61,642 nucleotides of DNA from an uncultured Spirochaetota bacterium (GCA_963845535.1 CAWJSK010000008.1:1-61642), one strand, 5' to 3'; counted from the stretch's first letter, positions 42,587 to 51,587 are shown. Made by a program: numbers and translations. Notes: generated by a model from the letters alone, not told the origin.

Positions 42587-44149
42587 TCAGAACCTGGCTT
42601 TGTTCAGGTCCCAGTACTGGGGGGTGTCCCGAAGCTTTGCGTTGTCATCCGCGTACTGAAAGGCGGTCTTTCCTTCATTGCTTGTCAGCTTCCCGTTGGC
42701 CCCTGCCTTGAGCAGCACCGAAACGAGCTCAGGGTTCTGGTTGTGCCGCGCCGCCCACATGAGGGCTGTCATTCCGTCGTTGTCCTGCTCATTGATGTCG
42801 GCCCCGGCGGCAAGGAGCGTCTTCAGGACGTCAGGGTTTGAGTTGTTGTATGCCGCGGACATCAGAGGTGTCCCGCCGTTGTTGTCCCGGTCCGCCACGT
42901 CCGCCCCGGCATCCAGGAGGGCGGAGACGACCTCAGGGTTGGGGTTGTCATGCGCGGCGGACATGAGCGGCGTCCCGCCGTTGGAATCCCGGTCATCAAT
43001 ACGGGCGCCCGCGGCAAGGAGAGTCCTGATCACCTCAGGCTTCGCGTTTTTGGCGGCGAACATGAGGGGCGTGAACCCATTGCGCGCCCTGTCCTCCACG
43101 CTGGCCCCGGCGTCCAGGAGCATCTTCAGGATGTCAGGGTTCCCGTTGTTGTAGGCGGCCCACATCAGGGGCGTGTAGCCGTTGGTGTCCTTGTCCTCGA
43201 CATTCGTGCCGGCCTGAAGGAGCGCCGTCACCACCTTCGTGTTGGAGTTGTTGTACGCGGCCCACATGAGCGGGGTATGGTTCTCCCAGTCCTTGTCCTC
43301 CACGCTTGCCCCCATCTTCATGAGGACCTGCAGGATTTCAAGGTTGGAGTTGAAGCCAGCCGCGAACATGAGCGGAGTACGGTTGTACTTGTCCCTGTCA
43401 TCAATGCGGGCCCCCGCCTTGAGCAGGATGTCGATCACCCCGGGGCTCTCATTGTGATACGCGGCATACATGAGAGGGGTGATCCCATTGGCATCCTTTG
43501 CGTCCACCCGGCTCCCCGCCTCCAGGAGCGCCGTCAGGACGTCCGGGTTCGGGTTGCTGATTGCCGCGAACATAAGCGGCGTGACGCCGCTCCTGTCCCT
43601 GTCATCGAACTTCGCCCCTGCCTTCAGCAGCGCGTCAATGATCTCACGCTTCGGGTTGTCCCGGGCCGCGAACATGAGCGGCGTGCGCCCGTGTCCGTCC
43701 CTGTCGTCCGTCCTTGCCCCTGCCTTCACGAGAAGCTGGATCACCTCGGGATTGTCGTTCCCCGAGGCGGCGTTCATGAGCGGAGTCATCCCGTCTTCGT
43801 CACGATCCGCCACGCCCGCGCCCACCTTGATGAGCTCCGCCACGACGTCAGGGTTCTCGTTGCCCGCGGCGGCGAACATCAGGGGCGTCCTGTTGCCCTT
43901 GTCCCTCTCGTTGACCTGCGCGCCCGCCTCCAACAGCACCATGATGACCCCGGCATTCGCGTTGTAGCGCGCCGCGAACATGAGCGGGGTGCGTCCGTAT
44001 TTGTCCCTGTCATCAACCACCGCCCCCGAGGTGATGGCGGCCTGAACAAGCTCGGGAGTGCTTTTTGAGACGAGGTCGAAAAAGTCCTCAGCGGTCACCT
44101 GTGCGGTCAGGGAAATGACGGCAAGCATGGGAAGGGCGATCCTCTTCAT
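42587..44149 (-). CDS. Secreted ankyrin-repeat protein (about 13 repeats)
   Basis: Signal peptide; GxTPLMxAAxxNxNP repeats; same N- and C-caps as the 23.7-26.8 kb paralogs. Confidence 0.93.
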   Translation of the reverse strand: MKRIALPMLAVISLTAQVTAEDFFDLVSKSTPELVQAAITSGAVVDDRDKYGRTPLMFAARYNANAGVIMVLLEAGAQVNERDKGNRTPLMFAAAGNENPDVVAELIKVGAGVADRDEDGMTPLMNAASGNDNPEVIQLLVKAGARTDDRDGHGRTPLMFAARDNPKREIIDALLKAGAKFDDRDRSGVTPLMFAAISNPNPDVLTALLEAGSRVDAKDANGITPLMYAAYHNESPGVIDILLKAGARIDDRDKYNRTPLMFAAGFNSNLEILQVLMKMGASVEDKDWENHTPLMWAAYNNSNTKVVTALLQAGTNVEDKDTNGYTPLMWAAYNNGNPDILKMLLDAGASVEDRARNGFTPLMFAAKNAKPEVIRTLLAAGARIDDRDSNGGTPLMSAAHDNPNPEVVSALLDAGADVADRDNNGGTPLMSAAYNNSNPDVLKTLLAAGADINEQDNDGMTALMWAARHNQNPELVSVLLKAGANGKLTSNEGKTAFQYADDNAKLRDTPQYWDLNKARF

Positions 44150-44295
44150 GCGGTTTCTCACTCCATCGACAACCTTAATAGTACTGTGATTGGTTCACCG
44201 GCCACAAGCGTCCCTGGTTGCCTGCCTGATCGCGCTTTTGCCGATGTAACTTTTCCAGAGTTTTGACGTTTTATTTTTGGTAATTCAGTTTTCAC

Positions 44296-44337
44296 AAGCG
44301 GGACGGGACGTTTCACCTCCTTTCGCCCATCCCGCTT
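44296..44337. other. Stem-loop with a Shine-Dalgarno (minus strand) / anti-SD (plus strand) loop
   Basis: AAGCGGGA-C-GGG-A-CG [TTTCACCTCCTTT] CG-CCC-A-TCCCGCTT. Confidence 0.7.
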
Positions 44338-44340
44338 CTT

Positions 44341-45783
44341 TTATGCCCGCGGGGCGGTTGCGCGGCCCGTGCTGATCCCCTTGTCCCCGCCCTGGGCCCG
44401 GGTTTCCCGGATGAGCTGCGCGTACCATTTACCGGAATCCTTGATGACTCTTCGCTGGCTGGGGTAATCCACGTACACAATGCCGAACCTTGGCCGCGTC
44501 CCCTGTGCCCATTCGAAGTTGTCCAGGAGGCTCCAGACGAAATAGCCGCGCACGTCCGCGCCCTCCGCCACGGCGCGAGACAGGGCTTCCAGATAGCTCC
44601 TCAGGTAGCCCGTGCGCTTTGGGTCATGGACTTCATTGCCTTCGAGCTGATCCTCGAATGCGGCGCCGTTTTCCGTGATGTACACGCACGGGTTGCCGTA
44701 TTGGTTCTTCATCATCATGGCAAGCCCGTAAAGGCCTTCCGGATAGACTTCCTGTCCCATTGCCGTGTACTGGACCCCGTCCTTCTCGAACTCCGCGGGC
44801 GCCGCGTCCTTGCCGGAGACCCACGCGTGAATGAAAGGGACATACCAGGCGTAATTGGCGCGTTCCCGCGTGTAGTAGTTGAGGCCGATAAAGTCAACGG
44901 GCTGGGAAATAGACGCCATGTCGCCTGGCAGGATCCTGGGGAAGAGCGTGCGCGCCCGTTCCCGGAGGATGGGCGGGTAGAAACCCTTGATGATGGGTGA
45001 CAGATCAATGTGGTTGAGGAAAGCGTCCGCCACCTCGGTGGCCTCCCTGTCCTTTTCGCTTTCAGAAGCGGGAACCACCGGAGTCTGGCTCAAGGTTATT
45101 CCCACCGTGGCTCCCGGGCTATCTGCCCTGATCCTGGCCACGGCCGCCCCGTGTGCGCGAAGCACGTTGTGCATGACCGGAAAATAGGCGAGAGGGTTCT
45201 TGAGGCCGGGCGCCATGGCGCCGAGCACGTGCCCGAAGAACGTGTATTCGAACGGTTCGTTGATCGTGATCCAATGGGTCGCCCTGTCTCCCAAGGCGCG
45301 AACCACGACCTCCGCATAATCGGCAAAAATCTCCGCGATGTCGCGGTTGCGGAAACCGCCGAGTCTTTTCTGCAAAGCCAGCGGCAGGTCCCAGTGGAAC
45401 AGCGTGTACCAGGGTGTGATGCCGGCCTCCAGGAGCGCATCCGTGAGCCGTGAGTAAAAATCGAGGCCTGGCTGGTTCGCCGTGCCCGCGCCATCCGGGA
45501 GAATGCGCGTCCACGCGATTGACCCACGGTACGCGTTCAGCCCCAGCTCCTTCATGATGGCGACGTCCTGGCGGTAACGGTTGTAATGGTCGCAGGCCGT
45601 GTCCGCGTTCTCTCCCGTCTTGATCTTCCCGCGGGTGTGCGCGAAGGCGTCCCAGATTGACTGTCCTTTGCCGTCCGCATTCCAGGCGCCTTCGATCTGA
45701 TATGCCGCAGCGGCAGCCCCGAAGACGAAGTCCCTGCCGAAGCTGGGGAACATTTTTCGAGAGCCGGGCGCCTCTTCCCTCAT
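44341..45783 (-). CDS. GH1 beta-glucosidase (second copy; start uncertain)
   Basis: AYQIEG, INEP, ITENG and LDNFEW. Confidence 0.95.
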   Translation of the reverse strand: MREEAPGSRKMFPSFGRDFVFGAAAAAYQIEGAWNADGKGQSIWDAFAHTRGKIKTGENADTACDHYNRYRQDVAIMKELGLNAYRGSIAWTRILPDGAGTANQPGLDFYSRLTDALLEAGITPWYTLFHWDLPLALQKRLGGFRNRDIAEIFADYAEVVVRALGDRATHWITINEPFEYTFFGHVLGAMAPGLKNPLAYFPVMHNVLRAHGAAVARIRADSPGATVGITLSQTPVVPASESEKDREATEVADAFLNHIDLSPIIKGFYPPILRERARTLFPRILPGDMASISQPVDFIGLNYYTRERANYAWYVPFIHAWVSGKDAAPAEFEKDGVQYTAMGQEVYPEGLYGLAMMMKNQYGNPCVYITENGAAFEDQLEGNEVHDPKRTGYLRSYLEALSRAVAEGADVRGYFVWSLLDNFEWAQGTRPRFGIVYVDYPSQRRVIKDSGKWYAQLIRETRAQGGDKGISTGRATAPRA

Positions 45784-45903
45784 ACGCCGAGTATGAGGGC
45801 TGCCCACGGCGCTGTCAACTTTTTCCAGGGCCGTGATAGTATGCGACGCTCAGTGATAGTGTGCGACGCTCAAGGGAAAGATCGGTTCGAAAGGTGGTGG
45901 ACC

Positions 45904-46392
45904 ATGGCACATGACAAGGACGCGGCGCGCGAGATGCTCAGGCACACGGTGGCAACTCTTGCCTACCGGGGCGGCAAGACCATCCGCGATGCTTCGGAAG
46001 AAGTCGCGGGCTACCGCGTCGGTACTTCGAGCAGAACGCCGTTGGAAATCCTCTGGCATATGGGGGACCTGATCGATTGGGCATATCACCTGGCAAAGGA
46101 CGGTCGACGATACGCGGAATCAGCCCAGGCTTCGTGGGCTGAGCAGGTGTCGCGCTTTTTCCAGAACTTGAAGTTGCTCGACGATTTCCTTGCTTCGGAC
46201 GAACCGCTTGTCACCTCGGCGGGTCAGATCTTCCAGGGGCCAATCGCTGATGCCTTGACGCATGTCGGGCAGATCTCCATGCTGCGCAGATTGGCGGGCA
46301 GCCCCGTCCGCGGAGAGAACTACTACATGGCGGACATCGTGGCGGGGCGCGTGGGCGCTGAACAGTCCGCTCCTCGAAGAGAGTTCGACTGA
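45904..46392 (+). CDS. DinB-like four-helix hypothetical protein
   Basis: LRHTVATLAYR, ILWHMGDL and DALTHVGQISMLRR. Confidence 0.7.
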   Translation: MAHDKDAAREMLRHTVATLAYRGGKTIRDASEEVAGYRVGTSSRTPLEILWHMGDLIDWAYHLAKDGRRYAESAQASWAEQVSRFFQNLKLLDDFLASDEPLVTSAGQIFQGPIADALTHVGQISMLRRLAGSPVRGENYYMADIVAGRVGAEQSAPRREFD

Positions 46393-47295
46393 ATGCAAAA
46401 GCTCCTGACTGAAAAGACTTTTGACACCGGCGAGATCACGCTCAACTACGCGGAGGGACCTGGCGGGGAAGGCCCGGCTGCTGACGGCCCGGCTGCTGAC
46501 GGCCCTGGCGCGGATAGCCCCGACGCAGAGCGTCCCGACGCTCCGCGCAGCATCGTCATGCTCCACGGCCTTACGGCGGACTGGCTTGGGTTCAGAGACC
46601 TTATGTCCCGACTGTCGGGCCGTTGGCACTCGTACGCCTGCGACCTGCGTGGGCACGGGAAGTCAGGCAGGGATGATGGCAGGTACAGCCTTGTGGACTA
46701 CAAACGGGACATCCTTTCATTCCTGGAGAAAATCAGCGGCCCCGCCGTCCTTCTCGGGCACTCGCTAGGCGCTCTGACAGCCTTGCTGTGCGCGGCTGAA
46801 AAACTCAACATGGTTCGCGGTTTGATTCTTCTGGACCCACCAGTCTACGTTCGGAATGCTCCCGTCGGCATCCATTCAGGAGTGGCGGATTGGTTTGGCT
46901 GGGTGCATGAGACTATGAAGGACCATCCCACCCTGGATCAGGTAGTGGAAGCCTGTCGGCTTCGAGAGCCGGATGCAGGCGAAGACGGACTTCGCGCCAT
47001 GGCCTTGCGCGTGAGCCGCGTGGATGCGGGCACAGTTGGCGCAGCTCTCGAAGACAGGATGGGGGCCGGGGTGGACATGGATGCAGCTTTGAAAAAACTC
47101 CGGTGTCCGACGCTCGTCCTTCGGGGGGAGTGGAAGTACGGCGCCTGTGTCCGCGACGAAGACGCGGAATGGTTTCACGTATTGGCGCCCTCAACTCAGG
47201 TCATCCAGATACGCGGCGGCACCCACGGCTTCCTTTGGGAAAGAGCCGAAGAGACGATTTCACATATCCAGGAGTTCCTTCAAAAATCAGTGTAA
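46393..47295 (+). CDS. Alpha/beta hydrolase
   Basis: LHG, DLRGHGKS, GHSLG nucleophile elbow and C-terminal His. Confidence 0.93.
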   Translation: MQKLLTEKTFDTGEITLNYAEGPGGEGPAADGPAADGPGADSPDAERPDAPRSIVMLHGLTADWLGFRDLMSRLSGRWHSYACDLRGHGKSGRDDGRYSLVDYKRDILSFLEKISGPAVLLGHSLGALTALLCAAEKLNMVRGLILLDPPVYVRNAPVGIHSGVADWFGWVHETMKDHPTLDQVVEACRLREPDAGEDGLRAMALRVSRVDAGTVGAALEDRMGAGVDMDAALKKLRCPTLVLRGEWKYGACVRDEDAEWFHVLAPSTQVIQIRGGTHGFLWERAEETISHIQEFLQKSV

Positions 47296-47495
47296 GCTCC
47301 ATTCTTCATCCGGTGCGCAATTTGCCCGCAAAAAGTTGATGGCCAGCGCCGCATCTGCTTTCCTTTCACCCGATCTCCGCGCAGCCTACGATACTACGAT
47401 CGGGGCGGTCATCATTATGACTAAATCCTGGCTTCAGTATTTTCATTTTTAACCTTCAGTCAAAAGACGAGCCCAACGCGCCGTTTGTTTATCCT

Positions 47496-47867
47496 TCATT
47501 CACCTTTGTAATGGATTTTAGTAACGGTGAAATTGCTAATCGGCAATGGCCCGAAATCCGCCCCCATCCACCCTCCTCCAACTTTTCCTGGTTGGAGGGT
47601 ATTGTAGTATCCCCCGCCATGATGGCCATCCCTGTCTTCCCACGTGTACTCTATGTATTCTATTACTCGAGACCCTGTGTTCATAAACTTCCATGTTACT
47701 GAGTTCTTTTCAGGCGCTAACGGCATAACGCTCGAAAACGATATCGACAAATCTGACGTTAAGACCTGCCATGCGCCCCACTGAACGCTCGACTGGGCAT
47801 GAAGATTTGCGCTTGGGAAATTGGAGAGCGCTAAGACCAAAATGGAAATTAACAAAGATTTTCGCAT
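47496..47867 (-). CDS. Small secreted hypothetical protein (beta-rich)
   Basis: AAGGAG RBS; signal peptide ending LHA-Q. Confidence 0.75.
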   Translation of the reverse strand: MRKSLLISILVLALSNFPSANLHAQSSVQWGAWQVLTSDLSISFSSVMPLAPEKNSVTWKFMNTGSRVIEYIEYTWEDRDGHHGGGYYNTLQPGKVGGGWMGADFGPLPISNFTVTKIHYKGE

Positions 47868-47960
47868 TGACTCACTCCTTCCGTTTTTCAGTAAATCACC
47901 AACCCTGCGAGCTTCCGAACAGGCTTTCGTCGTCCGCCTTTTCCCGGCTCCGTGTCCAAA

Positions 47961-48070
47961 TCAGAATCTAAAGACAAGACCCGCTATCCCGAATACCCCG
48001 CTGTTCCAATAGGTCTGATAGAGAGAGTCACCAGCCGTGAACTCATAGTCATTATTCCATGCGTTTTCCA
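47961..48070 (-). pseudogene. C-terminal remnant of an outer-membrane beta-barrel gene
   Basis: ...AWNNDYEFTAGDSLYQTYWNSGVFGIAGLVFRF* ends in a beta-signal with terminal Phe; no start codon. Confidence 0.5.
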
Positions 48071-48108
48071 GTCGGCCCGATGCTCTTTCCTCTCACCTAT
48101 TCCGCTAA

Positions 48109-48124
48109 TGCATGATCTGTGCCA
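48109..48124 (-). promoter_or_regulatory. sigma54 -24/-12 promoter (cassette A)
   Basis: TGGCACAGATCATGCA, GG-N10-GC. Confidence 0.8.
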
Positions 48125-48221
48125 TGAACTGAAAGACGCAGGAAGAATTGTATCTATTTCCTCTGCAAGGAATTGGAGCCTGTTATGAGTATTGCTCCTG
48201 AAGTCGCCGTGCGCGTTCTCC

Positions 48222-48254
48222 TCAACAAGGGTTGATTCAATCCACTAAGGTTGA
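48222..48254. promoter_or_regulatory. Paired palindromic enhancer sites (cassette A)
   Basis: TCAAC-AAGG-GTTGA and TCCAC-TAAG-GTTGA, about 100 bp from the -24 element. Confidence 0.75.
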
Positions 48255-48343
48255 CAGCTCATTGGTGTGTTTTCTTGTGGCGTGTGAGGAGACCGCGGTC
48301 GGTCAGCCAGGCTGTATACGTCAAACGTCTAACCATAGGGCGC

Positions 48344-48370
48344 GGCAACGCGGAAACCAGCCGCGTTGCC
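48344..48370 (-). terminator. Hairpin after the propeller lipoprotein gene
   Basis: Perfect 10-bp stem GGCAACGCGG/CCGCGTTGCC. Confidence 0.6.
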
Positions 48371-48416
48371 TGACAAGGAGAAATGCTCGGCTCCGACGCC
48401 TGTGACTTTCCTCTTC

Positions 48417-49850
48417 CTACTTCAGGACGATCTTTTCGCCATTCACGTACGTGAGCCTGTCGTTGAATACCCCTCCGACGCACTGATGGCCATCGACGAG
48501 AACGAAGCTGTATTCGTTGCCGTTGGTGAAGGCCCAATACCCGATTATTGCCCCGTCGGAGGAGAAATAACCTGATAGTGAGTTGTCAAAAGGACCGGCG
48601 ATCTCCTCGTCGTTGTTGGTTGGATTCTTGACGGAGTGCTCGTACAGGAACCACTTTCCCGAGGTACGAGCTCCATATAACAGGATTTGGCCGTCCGGAG
48701 AAAACGTTATTCCGCCGTGATCTTCGAACGGCCCGAGCGTCATGCCGTTGACATAGACGTTCCAATTGCTTCCAATCTTGGCCGCGAATGCCAGAGACTT
48801 GCCGTCAGGGGAGAACTGAGGCCCAACCTCGTCGTCGAAGGGCCCCGCCTTCTGCCCTCCGACAAACAGGTACCATTTGTCGTCACTCTTGGCCGAATAG
48901 GTAAGAGTTGCTCCATCTGGAGAGAACGTGATCCCGACTATGGATTCGTAAGGTCCCAATTGTTCGTTTCCATATTGGAGAATAGCGGGAGAGCCGGTTG
49001 CAATTGCAAATGCATGATCTTTGGCGTTGTAGGCAAGTGCGTTCTGAACACTTTGGAAAGGCCCTGCTCGTTTGGTATCTCCCTCATAGAGATAGAATCC
49101 GCCCGCAGGGCCAAATGCCCCTGTAGGAATTCCATAAAAGAGCACCTTCCCGTCATCCGTCACTGTAAACGCCCAGACCTTCTGAAAGGGACCGATCTTT
49201 TGATTTCCGATGTACAGGGCAAGGTTATTGCCATCAGGTACGACATAGGCTATCATGTCTTTAGCGGTGAAAAACGGGCCAATACGAATTTCATTGAATG
49301 GCCCCTTCGTATCCTTTCCGGAAACGGCAAACCATTTGCCGTTGGATTGAAAGGTGTATGCAAGCTCGTTTCCTACGGAGTAGCCGTAGACATATGAAAT
49401 ATTGTCAAATGGGCCCTTTTTTGAATTTCCTTGATAGACATACCATTTTCCCTCGATCTGAGCGCTGAAGACCAGCGTCCTGTTGTCCGCCGCGTAGTAA
49501 AGCGCACCAACCTGATCAAAAGGACCCAATGTGTTCAGCCCATCGCTGACGTACCATTTCGTCGAGTTTCCAAGCAAACCTCCCTCGATTGAATAATACG
49601 CGTAAGCAAACGACGATCCGTCGTCACTCCTTGTGAGCTGTGTAATATTCGACGCGACGCCGGCAGGCAGCGTGAATACTCCGTCCTGTGCCACACCATG
49701 AGGCTGAGCAGATGCTGCGCTTGACGATCGTTCTTCCTGAGAGGCGGTTGAAGGCGGTACGCTCAAACATCCACCGACGGCAAGCACCACTGAGGTAAGG
49801 AGAACACATTCAATTCGTGAAAATGTCCAGATGCCTTTTGAGGATCGCAT
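48417..49850 (-). CDS. Lipoprotein with WD40/PD40-like beta-propeller repeats
   Basis: VGGC lipobox; about 10 repeats of FSPDGxxLxYxAxxxxKWY...GPFD. Confidence 0.82.
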   Translation of the reverse strand: MRSSKGIWTFSRIECVLLTSVVLAVGGCLSVPPSTASQEERSSSAASAQPHGVAQDGVFTLPAGVASNITQLTRSDDGSSFAYAYYSIEGGLLGNSTKWYVSDGLNTLGPFDQVGALYYAADNRTLVFSAQIEGKWYVYQGNSKKGPFDNISYVYGYSVGNELAYTFQSNGKWFAVSGKDTKGPFNEIRIGPFFTAKDMIAYVVPDGNNLALYIGNQKIGPFQKVWAFTVTDDGKVLFYGIPTGAFGPAGGFYLYEGDTKRAGPFQSVQNALAYNAKDHAFAIATGSPAILQYGNEQLGPYESIVGITFSPDGATLTYSAKSDDKWYLFVGGQKAGPFDDEVGPQFSPDGKSLAFAAKIGSNWNVYVNGMTLGPFEDHGGITFSPDGQILLYGARTSGKWFLYEHSVKNPTNNDEEIAGPFDNSLSGYFSSDGAIIGYWAFTNGNEYSFVLVDGHQCVGGVFNDRLTYVNGEKIVLK

Positions 49851-49884
49851 ATCTATCTCCTTTTTTTGTCAACGGATGCCAAGA

Positions 49885-49900
49885 AGCATAATACGTGCCA
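49885..49900 (-). promoter_or_regulatory. sigma54 -24/-12 promoter (cassette B)
   Basis: TGGCACGTATTATGCT, 35 bp before the ATG. Confidence 0.85.
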
Positions 49901-49999
49901 TGACCGTAGAAACACAGGATGAATTTGTATCTGCTTTTTCACCAAGAAATTGGAGAAGGGTTTAGACCCGCTTTCTTGACGACATCGCGCGAAGTTTTC

Positions 50000-50032
50000 T
50001 CAACGAAAGTTGATTCAATCAACCGAGGTTGA
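50000..50032. promoter_or_regulatory. Paired palindromic enhancer sites (cassette B)
   Basis: TCAAC-GAAA-GTTGA and TCAAC-CGAG-GTTGA, 100 bp from the -24 element. Confidence 0.8.
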
Positions 50033-50140
50033 CAGATTTCTGATGCGTTTTTGCTTATGCGCCTGGGGGGAAATTTCTATCAGCACCCGCCACATTTGCT
50101 TCCCTCGGATCTGCGAATGGCTTCCCGAACAAGGACGCCA
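50015..50140 (-). pseudogene. Decayed 3' end (Fis HTH) of a paralogous sigma54 activator gene
   Basis: VLVREAIRRSEG/KQ...LIEISPQA/ISK/RIRNLSTSVD* versus intact ALIQEALRRSHGKQ...LIGLSPQAISKRIRNKKVD*. Confidence 0.8.
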
Positions 50141-50195
50141 AGTGGTTGAACTGGCAGACCCAAAACGCTTTCACTGCAGACCAAACGGAAAGGGT

Positions 50196-51587
50196 TCAGT
50201 CGACTTTCTTGTTCCTGATTCGCTTGCTGATCGCCTGCGGAGAAAGACCAATCAGTGCTGCTGCGGCGTTCTGTTTGCCATGCGAGCGGCGAAGCGCTTC
50301 CTGGATCAACGCTTCCACTGCGTCATGGACAGTCGGTAGCGTCTCGGGGAAAAGGATATTGCCCGCGTTGCTCTGAGCGGGCATCGCAGAGCCAAAGCCA
50401 AGGCTCTCCAAGATTTGACAATCGATTTCGCCGTTTGTTGAGGCCATCCTCGCCCGAAGAAGAATCTGGCGCAACTCCCGCACATTCCCCGGGAGAGGCA
50501 GGGATTGCAGGAGGTTGACTGCCCCGGAGGTAAGCCGAATGTTTTTTCCATGATCGCGGTCGAGCGTCCTGAGAATGTGATTTCCAACAAGGAGTATGTC
50601 ATCTTGTCGCTCGCGTAGGGGTGGGATGACAAGGTGAAATGTGGAAATGCGATAGAGCAGATCTTTTCTAAAGCTACCGCGTTCCACCAGGACGTTCAGA
50701 TCGCTGTTCGTCGCAGCTATCAGGCGTGCCGAACTCTGGCGCGGGGAATCACTGCCTAACGGAAAATACTCCCGGGACTCCAGGAAGCGAAGAAGCTTTA
50801 CCTGGCTCTGTGGTTTCAAGTCTCCCACCTCGTCCAGGAAAAGAGTCCCTCCTTCCGCCGCTGCCGCCAATCCTTTGCGCGATTGATCGGCGCCTGTGAA
50901 TGCTCCCACCCTCGTGTGCCCGAAAAGTGTGTCATCGAAGATAGGGTCTTCGAGCCCTCCCACATTAAGAGCTACGAACCTACCCTGCCTCCCTGAACAG
51001 TCATGGATCGCGCGGGATAGAAGCTCCTTTCCGACACCCGTTTCCCCTGAGATGAGTACGGCCTCATCGCTGGCGCTTACCGCCTCCGCCATGCGAAGAA
51101 TACTTTTCAGCCGATCATTCTCAGTGATGATGCTAGCGAACGCCTCGGGGTTTTTCAGACCAGAAGACAGCAAGCTCTCCTGGAGAGCGCTAAGATCCGT
51201 GGACTTACGGTAATACTGAAATGCGCGATCTACCGCGGAGGTGAGTCGGATCGGCTCGCTTCCCTTGAGAACGTAGTCGAACGCACCCTCGCTCATGAAT
51301 CTAACAGCAGTATCAATATCATTCTTGGCGGTGACGATGACGATTGGGATCTCGGGTCTTCTCTCCTTGATCCCATCGAATACGATCTCTCCCGAAAGAT
51401 CCGGAAGCCCAAGATCAAGCAGGATTACTCCAAATGATTGTCGAGCAACCCATTCCAAGGCTTCTCGACCAGTTGCCGCTGCCGCTACTTGAGTCCATCC
51501 TTTACGCTGGAATAGATGCGTTGTTACGTCAACTACAGTCTGGTTATCCTCGATGATTAGTATTTGAGTACCGTCAGAGTTTGGCAT
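50196..51587 (-). CDS. sigma54-dependent response regulator (REC-AAA+-Fis HTH, NtrC family)
   Basis: IIEDN, LLDLGLP, GETGVGKE, GAFTGA, LFLDEVG and PGNVREL. Confidence 0.96.
   Translation of the reverse strand: MPNSDGTQILIIEDNQTVVDVTTHLFQRKGWTQVAAAATGREALEWVARQSFGVILLDLGLPDLSGEIVFDGIKERRPEIPIVIVTAKNDIDTAVRFMSEGAFDYVLKGSEPIRLTSAVDRAFQYYRKSTDLSALQESLLSSGLKNPEAFASIITENDRLKSILRMAEAVSASDEAVLISGETGVGKELLSRAIHDCSGRQGRFVALNVGGLEDPIFDDTLFGHTRVGAFTGADQSRKGLAAAAEGGTLFLDEVGDLKPQSQVKLLRFLESREYFPLGSDSPRQSSARLIAATNSDLNVLVERGSFRKDLLYRISTFHLVIPPLRERQDDILLVGNHILRTLDRDHGKNIRLTSGAVNLLQSLPLPGNVRELRQILLRARMASTNGEIDCQILESLGFGSAMPAQSNAGNILFPETLPTVHDAVEALIQEALRRSHGKQNAAAALIGLSPQAISKRIRNKKVD

Noticed and set aside
47880..47960. 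c-di-GMP riboswitch upstream of the small secreted gene
   Set aside because: Only a partial GAAA/GAAAGCC resemblance; the core GEMM architecture is not found
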